Sequence record: SRR31156797_762
Reading direction: 5' to 3' (one strand)
DNA length: 54,860 nucleotides
Positions within the stretch are counted from its first letter, which is position 1. Every line of letters starts with the position of its first letter. The notes beneath the pieces were generated by a model. The model ran no database searches. It saw only the letters and a program-made list of their open reading frames with translations, and had not been told where the DNA came from. Below are positions 18,686-28,252 of the stretch, piece by piece. The translations under genes and the position numbers were made by a program.

Positions 18686-20236
18686 CTAATATAAGTCCCA
18701 ATTGCCTTTCAGGTAGTATTTGTATAGAACCGGGTCGTGAATTTTATTCACTTTCACAGAGTCTGATTGTCCCGGATATACATCCTTACCAAAGGATGTA
18801 ATCAATTTCACAGCATTCTGATCCAGCCACTTGGTTTCAATTTTAAAATCCAGCTCCTGTAATCTTGTTTTTAACGGGAATTTCTCATTTTCTTTGATCC
18901 CCAGAGACCATCCCCATTCACCTAATGAAATCACATGGTTGTGTAAAGGAATTGTTTTAAATCCGGCACTTTTCATGGTGTGAAGAATACATTTAAAAGC
19001 TTTGGTAGCAAAATAAGGACTTCCGGCCTGTGTTATAATAATTCCATGCGGTCGCAAATGTCTGTATGCAATTTTATAGAATTCTTCAGAGTATAAACGT
19101 CCTAATTCCACTGTTCTTGGATCAGGAAGATCTACAATAATAACATCGTAAAAACGCTTGTTTTCACTTAAAAAGGTAAATCCATCTTTATTTAAAACCT
19201 CAACTTGGGGATTTAATAATGAACCTTGATTTAGTTTGGTTAGCATGGGATGTTCTTTTCCTAACCTGGTCATGGCTGGATCAAGGTCTACCAATGTAAT
19301 TTTATCACATTGCTCATATTTCAGTAACTCTCTCACTGCGCAACCATCGCCTCCTCCAAGTACTAATACTTCTTTAGGGTTGGGATGAAGAGTCATAGCA
19401 GGATGAACCAAAGGCTCATGGTACATCATCTCATCCATCGTACAAAGCTGAAGGTTGCCATTTAAATACAACCAAAAATCATCTTGCCATTGCGTTATCA
19501 CAATGCGTTGATATTTGGTTTGTTCAGCATAAACGACCTTGTCTTTGTATTTCTTTTGCTCACCATATTTAATAATCGGATCAGCCATAAAAACGCCGCC
19601 AACCAGCACAACCATAATTCCAACAATAACAAAGTTGAAAATGGACTTATATGTGGGGCTGATGAATTTTCTTAAAAAGAAAAATACCCCAATAGCAACA
19701 CTAAAATTAACCAAACCCAGAATAAAAGGGGTGTAGTTTATACCTAAAAAAGGAATACCTATAAAGGCAAAGAAAATACCTCCCAGCAAACTTCCATAAT
19801 AATCGTTCTCTAATACCTTGGATATATTTACTCTCAGATCTTCGTACTGATCGTTAATTCGTGTCACTAATGGAATTTCCATTCCGATTAAAATACCAAT
19901 GGCAATGCTGCAACTGTATATTAAAATAGATAAGGATGCCATGTAGGCAGACGCCGTATATACGATAAGTGGAACGAAGGAAACAACCAGTGAAAGAATA
20001 AATTCCAGTATAAGAAATTTCTCTGTCAGATTATGCTCAAATGATTTACTGATCCGGCTGCCAAGTCCCATGGAAAACATCATGGTTGAAACGATGAGTG
20101 CCCACTGCATAGTCGAGTCTCCAAGAAAGTGAGTCGCTAATGTAGACAATAAGTATTCAGCTACTATTCCACTAAAACCTGTAGCAAAAATCGCAGCCAT
20201 TAAGATGGCAGAGTATTTATTTCTAATTTTTAACAT
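18686..20236 (-). CDS. speE: Polyamine aminopropyltransferase (spermidine synthase family) with N-terminal multi-TM domain
   Basis: About 7 TM segments, then YHEPLVHP, VLGGGDG, VDLDP and IVDLPDP motifs. Confidence 0.93.
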   Translation of the reverse strand: MLKIRNKYSAILMAAIFATGFSGIVAEYLLSTLATHFLGDSTMQWALIVSTMMFSMGLGSRISKSFEHNLTEKFLILEFILSLVVSFVPLIVYTASAYMASLSILIYSCSIAIGILIGMEIPLVTRINDQYEDLRVNISKVLENDYYGSLLGGIFFAFIGIPFLGINYTPFILGLVNFSVAIGVFFFLRKFISPTYKSIFNFVIVGIMVVLVGGVFMADPIIKYGEQKKYKDKVVYAEQTKYQRIVITQWQDDFWLYLNGNLQLCTMDEMMYHEPLVHPAMTLHPNPKEVLVLGGGDGCAVRELLKYEQCDKITLVDLDPAMTRLGKEHPMLTKLNQGSLLNPQVEVLNKDGFTFLSENKRFYDVIIVDLPDPRTVELGRLYSEEFYKIAYRHLRPHGIIITQAGSPYFATKAFKCILHTMKSAGFKTIPLHNHVISLGEWGWSLGIKENEKFPLKTRLQELDFKIETKWLDQNAVKLITSFGKDVYPGQSDSVKVNKIHDPVLYKYYLKGNWDLY

Positions 20237-20282
20237 GTCTGAAGAACATCTTTAAAAAAGATCGGTATGTCAGAGAATAAAC

Positions 20283-20307
20283 AAAAACAGGGTCTGAATA
20301 AACCCTG
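20283..20307 (-). terminator. Intra-operonic terminator or stabilising hairpin after DUF350
   Basis: Minus strand CAGGGT-TTATTCAG-ACCCTG followed by TTTTTG. Confidence 0.6.
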
Positions 20308-20334
20308 CTTCTATTTTTTATATTTTGTTTTGAT

Positions 20335-21210
20335 TTACAAACACCAGGTAATTAAAACCGATCCGCCAACATAGGCAAAGGCTTCAATGATGGCAGCACC
20401 CACATTGGGTTTTTCCTGATTGATAATTTCATCCGTTAAACGCTGACCCGGAAGAAGGATTTTATCTGTTAGGTAACGCATTACCGGAAGCAGAATGATA
20501 CCAAGTACTAATTCAAATCCAGCTTCAGTAAAAGTTGGTATCCATCCATCAAAATCGCCTGCAATTCCATGACGAATTAAATTAGCAATAGCTATTAAAG
20601 CTCCTGCAAATCCAACTCCAACAGCCACATTGTCTTTTTCAATGTGCTCATGAACATCGTAAGGAGTGATGAGTTGATAAACAGCTGCAGCAATAATAAG
20701 CGCCAGTTGTCCGGCAGCCCAGAATACAACAGCAGAGAGAATCCCATGTGAAAGGTTGCCTACTTCAGTTTCTCCACTTACCGCACCAAAAATAATTAAT
20801 CCGGAAGCAATAGAAACAGCACCTTCAATCACACCTGAACCGGAGTTTCGATCGGTTATTATCTCCTTTTTAACAGAGAATTTACGTAAGATGATTTTGT
20901 CATTTAACCAAATAGAAAGGTTTAATAAGATAATGGACAAAGTACCATAAATAAGGATGTCAATCATATCTTGAAGCAGTCCTCTGGTAGGGCCGACAAT
21001 GGCACTTCCAATTGCGAGCAAAAGACCAATAAAATAGCCAACGTGAGCAAAAGCAAAGGCCAGATTATCTTTATCAACCAGCTCTTCTTTTATGCTAAAA
21101 CCTCGGTTTACCATTTGATACACGAGTTTTCCCAGGAAAAAAATCACAAAACCTACAGCGATATAGGCAATTGCATCATATAATATTGTTGAAATATCTG
21201 ATAGATTCAT
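20335..21210 (-). CDS. DUF350 (YjfL-like) integral membrane protein with duplicated domain
   Basis: Repeated (E)EL/I...N.A/G motifs (EELVDKDNLA, KEIITDRNSG, EHIEKDNVA, DEIINQEKPNVG) between TM helices. Confidence 0.88.
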   Translation of the reverse strand: MNLSDISTILYDAIAYIAVGFVIFFLGKLVYQMVNRGFSIKEELVDKDNLAFAFAHVGYFIGLLLAIGSAIVGPTRGLLQDMIDILIYGTLSIILLNLSIWLNDKIILRKFSVKKEIITDRNSGSGVIEGAVSIASGLIIFGAVSGETEVGNLSHGILSAVVFWAAGQLALIIAAAVYQLITPYDVHEHIEKDNVAVGVGFAGALIAIANLIRHGIAGDFDGWIPTFTEAGFELVLGIILLPVMRYLTDKILLPGQRLTDEIINQEKPNVGAAIIEAFAYVGGSVLITWCL

Positions 21211-21238
21211 TGTTTTTAATTTTTCAGGTTAAAGATTA

Positions 21239-22072
21239 TTATTTACCAAATCCACCACTTCGACTGCGTGATGATGAACTGCTATATCGGGATGAACTTC
21301 TGGTACTTCGCGAGCTACTTGAGCTACTGGAATATTTTGAACCCGATGAATAACTTCTGGAAGAACTAGCAGAGCTTGATCTGGAAACCTGGCTTCTAAC
21401 CTGACTTTTGAAAGTAGACGGTTTTGATGCCCATGTTGTATTTCTACCTGAACGAGAGGTGTATGATTTTGTCCCATATACTCTTGATCCTGATGGTCCA
21501 TAATAGGGTCTGGATCCATAATATCCACCTCCATAATAGTCATTCCAATACGAGCGGCGAACAGGATAAGTCATCATATTAAACATAGAAGACATAAATG
21601 CATATCTGCCGTAAAATTCCCAAAAGGAACCACCATCTCTTTGTACCCAGTGACCATATCGTTCGTTACCTACATAGTGATTGTAACCTGCAGGTGAGGC
21701 AACTTTGGAAACCTTGCCGTCTTTTTTAGAAGCGATTTCCATACCCATATTATCAACATTTTGGCCAAAATAAGCTTCAGGAACTTCTTTCCAGTCTGTT
21801 TGATTGGAAACAACCGTATCTGGCTTTTCAACAATCACATTGTACTGGTGGAAGTATTTTCCATTTCTCGAATCCATATCAAGGAGAATGATGGAGAAAT
21901 TATTTTCAGCAGACAGATCTCTAATAATTTCATCTACCGGAGATTTTTGCCAATTTTGAGCTGTTTGTACAACCGGGCTTGAATATTGGCGAGAAGCCCT
22001 TCTGTTACTGCAGGTTTTTAAAATAAAAAATCCGAGAATAACAGCAATAATAACTTTTGCAATTCCGTTCAT
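21239..22072 (-). CDS. Membrane-anchored hypothetical protein with Tyr/Gly- and Ser/Arg-rich low-complexity tail
   Basis: N-terminal TM or possible lipobox (LKTC); conserved-looking YVGNERYGHW...FWEFYG core; tail ends SRSRSGGFGK. Confidence 0.85.
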   Translation of the reverse strand: MNGIAKVIIAVILGFFILKTCSNRRASRQYSSPVVQTAQNWQKSPVDEIIRDLSAENNFSIILLDMDSRNGKYFHQYNVIVEKPDTVVSNQTDWKEVPEAYFGQNVDNMGMEIASKKDGKVSKVASPAGYNHYVGNERYGHWVQRDGGSFWEFYGRYAFMSSMFNMMTYPVRRSYWNDYYGGGYYGSRPYYGPSGSRVYGTKSYTSRSGRNTTWASKPSTFKSQVRSQVSRSSSASSSRSYSSGSKYSSSSSSSRSTRSSSRYSSSSSRSRSGGFGK

Positions 22073-22090
22073 TGTGTTTAGATTTTGGGT

Positions 22091-22633
22091 TTATTTAGAG
22101 GCAGGTAATATGTTTGATATTTCAAATTCTTTGATAACAATTCCAATGGAAGCTTCAAATTCTTTTTCGTCCCATTGTTCAATGGTTAATATTTTTTGTC
22201 CTTCTTCATCTTCAAAGTCCCATGATCTGAATTCTTCCCATTGATCACCTTTGGCAATATCATGGAAATACCCCGGAGCTTCACTTTCTAACAGATAGGT
22301 AACTCCATCATGTATAATTTTTTTAGGTGGTTGTTGTTGATTCATCAAAACCTCAGGTAAGTTTTCATCCAAGGCTCTGACTTTAATTTTTTTGGTTAGG
22401 CTAATTTCAAGCTCATCATCTTCCTCAATGGCTAAATAACGAGTTAGAGATCCATTGCTTACTTTAAACTCCCGGGTAAAATAATTTTCGCCCCAATCGT
22501 ATTCATAAATTGCCTGAACCTCCCAGGTAGAAAGGTCATATTCAAAAACAAAACCAACATCCAGGTCCTGAATCCGGATGTTGGTACTATCGTAATGAGG
22601 TTCTTTTTTCTTAAAAATATCAAAGATACCCAT
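22091..22633 (-). CDS. DUF4178-like protein
   Basis: Two beta-rich acidic halves with aromatic motifs (YEYDW, WDFED, IEQW); position within a pspA-DUF350-speE operon. Confidence 0.75.
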   Translation of the reverse strand: MGIFDIFKKKEPHYDSTNIRIQDLDVGFVFEYDLSTWEVQAIYEYDWGENYFTREFKVSNGSLTRYLAIEEDDELEISLTKKIKVRALDENLPEVLMNQQQPPKKIIHDGVTYLLESEAPGYFHDIAKGDQWEEFRSWDFEDEEGQKILTIEQWDEKEFEASIGIVIKEFEISNILPASK

Positions 22634-22649
22634 GTTTTACTTTTATTAA

Positions 22650-23351
22650 TTATGATTGTTTTAGCTTGGCTTTTAACTCTTCTAATGAGTTGGATGCTTT
22701 TACATTGTTCTCAGATAAAACATCGTTGATTTCTTCATCAATGCTTCTGTTTTCCATCGCAATGTCTCCATAAGCTTCGCTCATAGCTTCTTGTTGTGCT
22801 ACTTTTTCTTTCATTTTTTCAAGCATCGAAACGGTTCCGGAACTATCAATTCCGCTTAGTTGCTTGTTGATTTTTTGAGTAGCACTACTCACTCGAGCTC
22901 TGGCCTTAAGTGTTCTCAGTTCGTTTTCGTAACTTGAAATAGTACTTTTTAGCTTTTTAATGTTTTTATCTAAAGCAGCAATGTTTGTATCAAACTTATC
23001 CACTTCAGTTTGAGCTCTTGAAGCAGCCTCAATCGCTTCTTCTTTTCTGGCCAAAGCTTCAGTTGCTAAACGATCAGCTTCAGCTATATCTAACTCACCT
23101 TTTTCAGCTTTTTGAATTAAAAGAATGGCTTTTTGTTCGTAATTTTTAGCCATTTCTTTATTGGTGGTTAAATCTTTTTTGCTTCTGATAGCCAAAGCTT
23201 TTACTTCAGCTAAAGCTTGTAGGCTTTTGTCTAAATCTTTTTTTAGATCACGGATTCCCTGCTCCGTCATTTTAATAGGATCTTCCAGTTTGTCAACAAG
23301 TGCGTGCGCTTCCGATTGTCCTACTTTAAATATTCTGTTAAAAATTCCCAT
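22650..23351 (-). CDS. pspA: PspA/IM30 (Vipp1, bacterial ESCRT-III-like) family protein
   Basis: MGIFNRI amphipathic start, EDP motif, long coiled coil, LKARA, terminal LEELKAKL. Confidence 0.95.
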   Translation of the reverse strand: MGIFNRIFKVGQSEAHALVDKLEDPIKMTEQGIRDLKKDLDKSLQALAEVKALAIRSKKDLTTNKEMAKNYEQKAILLIQKAEKGELDIAEADRLATEALARKEEAIEAASRAQTEVDKFDTNIAALDKNIKKLKSTISSYENELRTLKARARVSSATQKINKQLSGIDSSGTVSMLEKMKEKVAQQEAMSEAYGDIAMENRSIDEEINDVLSENNVKASNSLEELKAKLKQS

Positions 23352-23362
23352 TTGTGTTTGTT

Positions 23363-23758
23363 TTAAGCTTTAGAAAATTCGATTAATTCAGAAGAGTACT
23401 CAGAAAGTAATAACTTTAATGAGTTAAGAGAGGCTTCCAGTTCATTTAGGTCAAGATTTTCCAGTTGAAGCGTATCTCTGTAAATTACTTTCTTACCAGA
23501 CTCATCAAGACAAAAAGCGCCATGTACTACCTCGCGATTTTTCATAAGCAGCGATTTAAAGATGGCTTCGGTTCCGGCACTCATTTCAAATAATAGTCCC
23601 TCAATAATAACGATACTGTCTTCGCAATCGATGATTACGTTACTGATACCGTCTTCTTCTTTTTCAATTACCACTAGTTCTTCCTCGGTGTTTTCCGAAA
23701 CAATGTGGTATTCTAAACCTAAAAGGTAATCTTTTACCTTATCAAAATATTCACTCAT
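23363..23758 (-). CDS. YbjN / CesT(Tir)-chaperone-fold protein (YjfI-like)
   Basis: Small acidic protein with LLMKN...HGAFCLD...RDTLQLENLD.NE; first gene before pspA. Confidence 0.8.
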   Translation of the reverse strand: MSEYFDKVKDYLLGLEYHIVSENTEEELVVIEKEEDGISNVIIDCEDSIVIIEGLLFEMSAGTEAIFKSLLMKNREVVHGAFCLDESGKKVIYRDTLQLENLDLNELEASLNSLKLLLSEYSSELIEFSKA

Positions 23759-23938
23759 AGTAATAAAATTGAATGATAACTGTTGTTAAAAATAATGTAA
23801 AATTTGATTTATTCGTCCAAAAAAGCTTTGATACGTATACCAACTAAGGCAATTGTAGTTATAAACATGTATCAAGATTTGCTTCTTTGGTTTTTGAAAG
23901 ACAAGACAGTTACAAGTATAATAAATTATTCTGAATAA

Positions 23939-25099
23939 TTAAAATTCACCCAAGCCCCATACTAATGAAATATTTACATACCCAATATTTCCACTGTATC
24001 CGTCAAGCTTGTACTTAGTAATGTAGCTAAAGCCTCCATCTACTTTTAAACTAAAATAACTCTTGTAATCGGTATTATAAATTGATTTATGAGAAAACTC
24101 TATAATTTTAATCTCAGTGTGTAAACCCGGGCCACTGCAAAAGGAGTTGAATATTTTTAGTTCTTTATCATTATCATCTACATCATCAAAAATGTTACTT
24201 TGCAGATAACCGCCGGAAACAGAGATATAAGGGGCGAGTTGGAGATGTTGATTTCTTAGAGCGAAATATCCCATCTTAAGGCCTGCGTCTAAATATGAAA
24301 AGCGTTCATCTTTTTCAAAGAGATATGTTTCATTATCAGTATTTATGGCTGAAAAGGGAATTTGAAGTTTGTGTCCACTTCCATTTAAATATAATGAACA
24401 ATAAACTTTACCGATATTAAAGTCTACTGACATATTAAAACCTGCGTTTGAGGGAAAATGATTGTTGAGCTTTCCTGTGGTTATATTTGTTCCGGAACCG
24501 ATAGAAAATGCCATTGCATATTTAGTATATCCAGGTGGGAGATACTCTTTTATGAATGCATTAAACCTGGATTCGGGATACTGTTTTTTATAGTTTTTAA
24601 GTTTTTGTGTGTATTCCTTATCGGGATTCTCGACTTTTAGCAGATATACAAATAATTCTAAAAGATCTTGTTCTTCTTTAGGTATTGGAGCAGAAATTAA
24701 ATCGTTATAAATGGAATCTCTTTGATCTTGGATTTCCTTCCAAAGAACATCTAAAATGTTAAAGTTATTATTGTAATGAGATTGTTGGTTGTAATCATAA
24801 TAGTTTAAAGCAATTTCAACTGTTTTCTGCCAGTTTCGTAATAACAAGTTAATGTATAGTTCTTCGGTATAATAAAAGGCGCTATAATTACTTTGTGCGG
24901 TTTCTTCATTTAAATAATTATATACATCGCCTATTTTATTAAAATCCTTCTTATTTATGCTCTTTGCGATTATTTTACGGCCATTATTAATAATGATTTC
25001 AGTACTGTCTACATAGGATTTTACTTCATCTTCAATTTGAGCTGTAACTATGGTGCTAAGAAAAAATATAAAAGCCAGGCTTGAAATAAAGTGTTTCAT
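23939..25099 (-). CDS. Hypothetical secreted protein: N-terminal helical domain plus probable C-terminal beta-barrel
   Basis: Signal peptide (VTA-Q); alternating-residue strands in the C-terminal half; terminal Phe. Confidence 0.7.
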   Translation of the reverse strand: MKHFISSLAFIFFLSTIVTAQIEDEVKSYVDSTEIIINNGRKIIAKSINKKDFNKIGDVYNYLNEETAQSNYSAFYYTEELYINLLLRNWQKTVEIALNYYDYNQQSHYNNNFNILDVLWKEIQDQRDSIYNDLISAPIPKEEQDLLELFVYLLKVENPDKEYTQKLKNYKKQYPESRFNAFIKEYLPPGYTKYAMAFSIGSGTNITTGKLNNHFPSNAGFNMSVDFNIGKVYCSLYLNGSGHKLQIPFSAINTDNETYLFEKDERFSYLDAGLKMGYFALRNQHLQLAPYISVSGGYLQSNIFDDVDDNDKELKIFNSFCSGPGLHTEIKIIEFSHKSIYNTDYKSYFSLKVDGGFSYITKYKLDGYSGNIGYVNISLVWGLGEF

Positions 25100-25104
25100 G
25101 ATTT

Positions 25105-26562
25105 TTAAATGATATTGTTTTTTGTATTTGTTTTAATTATAAATAAGCCGAAAAAGGTTATGGCTCCATTCAAAATTAGTTTTTCATATCCTAAAGAAAA
25201 TCCAAACCAGCTTTGGGCATTAAAATCTAAAATGCCTGTGATTAAAGGACTAATGATGGCTATTACAGGAACCCAATAATCATTGATTTTCATTTTTGTA
25301 AATAAACCAAAAGCATACATGCCCAATAAAGGACCGTAAGTGTATCCGGCTAAAATGAAAAGTGTACTGATAATACTGTCGGCTTTAAAAATTCTAAATA
25401 GAATAATAACCAGCATCAGAATGATTGAAAAGGATAAATGAATTAGAATGCGATTTCCTTTTGTGAGGGTTTCTCCTTTATGCGAAGAGCCTAATATGTC
25501 CACTGAAAATGATGTGGTTAATGATGTTAAAGCAGAGTCGGCACTGCTGTAAGCTGCAGCTACTAAGCCGATAATAAAAAATACGCCCACAATTTGAGGC
25601 AAAGCCCCACTATTCACAATGGTGGGGAATAAATCATCTGAACGTTCTGGTAAAGTTATGCCTTGTTGGTTAGCAAAAATATAAAGCAATGCACCTAATG
25701 ATAAAAACAGAAGATTGGTAGGAATAAAAGCAAAACCGTACCATTTCATGTTCTTTTTAGCTTCAGAAATATTTTTACACGATAGGTTTTTTTGCATCAT
25801 ATCCTGATCTAAACCTGTCATTACAATGGTTATAAATGCACCAGAAAAGAACTGTTTTATAAAGTGTTGTTTGGAACTCCAGTCATCAAATACAAAAACT
25901 CTTGAAAACTCACTTTGGTTAATGGTTTCGATAAGTTGACTTCCACTTAAATCCATCGATTTGGCAATGTATATAATAGTAATAATTACTGAAGTAAGCA
26001 TAAAAACGGTTTGTAAAGTATCTGTCCAAATAATGGTTTTAATACCTCCTCTAAAAGTATAAAGCCAAATAAGGGCAATGGTTACAATTACTGTAACAGC
26101 AAAGGGTATCCCTAGGGCATTAAATAAACTAATTTGTAAAACGTTAGCCATTAAGTAAAGTCGGGCAGAAGCGCCTATAGTTCTGGAAACTAAAAAAAGC
26201 CAGGCTCCGGTTTTGTAACTAAATTTTCCAAAACGTTGCTCCAGATAGGTATATATCGAAGTCAGGTTTAGTCGATAGTAAACTGGCAGTAATATATGTG
26301 CAATAACTAAATAACCCAGAAAGTAACCTCCAACCATCTGTAAATACGAGAACTGAGTGTTTTTTACCCAGCCCGGAACCGAAATAAAGGTAACGCCTGA
26401 TAAACTGGCTCCAATCATTCCAATTGAAACAATATACCAGGGAGATTGTCGGTTACCTAAAAAAAAGCTTTTATTGTCAGATTTACGTCCGGTTACAAAT
26501 GATATAATCATTAAAACAATGAAATAGCAGGCAATAAGTACACCGGTCAGAACAGGATTCAT
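25105..26562 (-). CDS. Sodium:solute symporter (SSS family)
   Basis: FFLGNR.SPW, SGVTFISVPG, SIYTYLEQRFG, GGIKTIIWTD, QDMMQ and SSADSAL motifs. Confidence 0.95.
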   Translation of the reverse strand: MNPVLTGVLIACYFIVLMIISFVTGRKSDNKSFFLGNRQSPWYIVSIGMIGASLSGVTFISVPGWVKNTQFSYLQMVGGYFLGYLVIAHILLPVYYRLNLTSIYTYLEQRFGKFSYKTGAWLFLVSRTIGASARLYLMANVLQISLFNALGIPFAVTVIVTIALIWLYTFRGGIKTIIWTDTLQTVFMLTSVIITIIYIAKSMDLSGSQLIETINQSEFSRVFVFDDWSSKQHFIKQFFSGAFITIVMTGLDQDMMQKNLSCKNISEAKKNMKWYGFAFIPTNLLFLSLGALLYIFANQQGITLPERSDDLFPTIVNSGALPQIVGVFFIIGLVAAAYSSADSALTSLTTSFSVDILGSSHKGETLTKGNRILIHLSFSIILMLVIILFRIFKADSIISTLFILAGYTYGPLLGMYAFGLFTKMKINDYWVPVIAIISPLITGILDFNAQSWFGFSLGYEKLILNGAITFFGLFIIKTNTKNNII

Positions 26563-26585
26563 AGTATGATATTTTTAATGTGAAG

Positions 26586-26664
26586 CAAATATAAAATATT
26601 TTGAATGGTTTAAGTTTTGAATAAAACAAAGGTTCATGATGGCATTATTATTTTTATAACTTTG
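26586..26664. promoter_or_regulatory. Divergent -7 promoter boxes for the SSS gene (minus, 26593-26586) and recR (plus, 26657-26664)
   Basis: TATATTTG on minus and TAACTTTG on plus both match TAnnTTTG. Confidence 0.6.
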
Positions 26665-26695
26665 AGCGATCAAAAAAATAAGGTGAAATAATTGT

Positions 26696-27316
26696 ATGAG
26701 CGCAGATAGCTATCCTTCACAAATATTAGAAAATGCCGTAAAAGAATTTTCTGGATTACCTGGAGTTGGTAAGAAAACAGCATTACGATTAGTGCTTTTT
26801 CTTTTGAGACAGGAAAAATCGGATGTACTGCGTTTTGCCGATTCATTACGAAGGTTAAGTGAGGAAATCGTTTACTGTAAATCGTGTTATAATATTTCGG
26901 ATAGTGAAATATGTGATATTTGTGCCAGTCCCAAAAGAGATCATTCCACGGTTTGTGTGGTTGAAAACATAAAAGATGTGATGGCCATAGAAAATACACA
27001 GCAGTATTTTGGTATTTATCATGTGCTGGGCGGTGTAATTTCGCCGATGGATGGAATAGGGCCTGATGATTTAACACTAAAACCATTGTTAGATAAAGTG
27101 AGTGCAGGAGAAGTAAAGGAATTAATCTTTGCTTTACCAACTACGATGGAAGGGGATACTACAAATTTTTACTTGTTTCGTAAATTTAAAGATGCCGAAA
27201 TAAAAGTAACCACTTTAGCCCGAGGGGTATCTATTGGTGATGAATTGGAGTATACCGATGAGGTTACTTTAGGCCGTTCAATTGTAAATCGATTACCATT
27301 TGAAAATACGATATAA
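26696..27316 (+). CDS. recR: Recombination mediator RecR
   Basis: LPGVGKKTA HhH, C4 zinc finger, YHVLGG, Toprim (EGDTT), EYTDEVTL. Confidence 0.98.
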   Translation: MSADSYPSQILENAVKEFSGLPGVGKKTALRLVLFLLRQEKSDVLRFADSLRRLSEEIVYCKSCYNISDSEICDICASPKRDHSTVCVVENIKDVMAIENTQQYFGIYHVLGGVISPMDGIGPDDLTLKPLLDKVSAGEVKELIFALPTTMEGDTTNFYLFRKFKDAEIKVTTLARGVSIGDELEYTDEVTLGRSIVNRLPFENTI

Positions 27317-27319
27317 AAA

Positions 27320-27790
27320 ATGGAGACTGAAATTAAGAAGAAATTAAAATTATTAAATGTAATATATCTGGTTATTATGGGGACTATGTCGATAGCTGCA
27401 TTAGCCTCTGTGTATCTGGTTTATAAAATAGGTGCCTTGTCGGTTTTTGATGACCAAACGATTAATATGCTAAAGTCTCTGGTTATAATAGCACTGTTGG
27501 TAGGTATTCCTGTTAGTCATATCTTTTACCACAAAAAAATAAAACATATTGATGCCGAATTGCCTTTGTTGAAAAAGCTAAATATGTTTCAAACCGCTTT
27601 TATTGTTCGCATAGCCATGTTAGAAGGAATTGGGTTGTTGGCAGCGATTTGTTATTTAGTCGCAGCGGATAATTCATTTTTATATATGTTTGGTGTGGTG
27701 TTTATTTTGTTTATCATTCATGCACCTACTCGCCAGCGAATAAGCACAGATCTTAATTTAATTGAAGACGACGACGATTTACTACATTAA
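27320..27790 (+). CDS. Hypothetical four-TM membrane protein
   Basis: Four hydrophobic segments; 3 bp after recR. Confidence 0.8.
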   Translation: METEIKKKLKLLNVIYLVIMGTMSIAALASVYLVYKIGALSVFDDQTINMLKSLVIIALLVGIPVSHIFYHKKIKHIDAELPLLKKLNMFQTAFIVRIAMLEGIGLLAAICYLVAADNSFLYMFGVVFILFIIHAPTRQRISTDLNLIEDDDDLLH

Positions 27791-27812
27791 TTTTAATTAA
27801 CGAAGTTTTATT

Positions 27813-28247
27813 ATGACTATAGCAGTAGATTTTGACGGAACTATTGTAGAACACAGATATCCTGCCATAGGAAAAGATAAGCTTTTTGCATTTGATACTT
27901 TGAAAGCAATGCAAAAGGCTGGTCACTTGCTTATTTTATGGACATACCGAACAGGAAAGGAATTGGATGAGGCCGTTGAATATTGTCGTAAGAAGGGAAT
28001 TGAGTTTTATGCTGTAAACCGAAGTTATCCCGAAGAAGTGTTTGATGAGACTGAAGTGAGCCGTAAAATTAATGCCGATTTGTTTATTGATGATCGCAAT
28101 GTGGGAGGCTTTTATGGATGGGGCGAAATATGGCATGAGTTAGGTTTAGGTGATGATGCAGAAACAGCCAGAATGCGAAAGAAATTAGAGCGTGCTTCGC
28201 GAAATCCGCTTTGTGCATTTTTTAAATCACTCTTTTGTAAAGAATAA
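27813..28247 (+). CDS. BT0820-like HAD phosphatase
   Basis: IAVDFDGT, LILWT, K..AD.FIDDR HAD motifs. Confidence 0.9.
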   Translation: MTIAVDFDGTIVEHRYPAIGKDKLFAFDTLKAMQKAGHLLILWTYRTGKELDEAVEYCRKKGIEFYAVNRSYPEEVFDETEVSRKINADLFIDDRNVGGFYGWGEIWHELGLGDDAETARMRKKLERASRNPLCAFFKSLFCKE

Positions 28248-28252
28248 AGTCC

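Noticed and set aside
21229-21543. 104-aa alternate-frame ORF overlapping the low-complexity tail
   Set aside because: Expected by-product of Ser/Arg/Gly codon bias; no slippery site or independent start evident
26670-27140. 156-aa antisense ORF over recR
   Set aside because: Shadow of a highly conserved gene; no recognisable motifs
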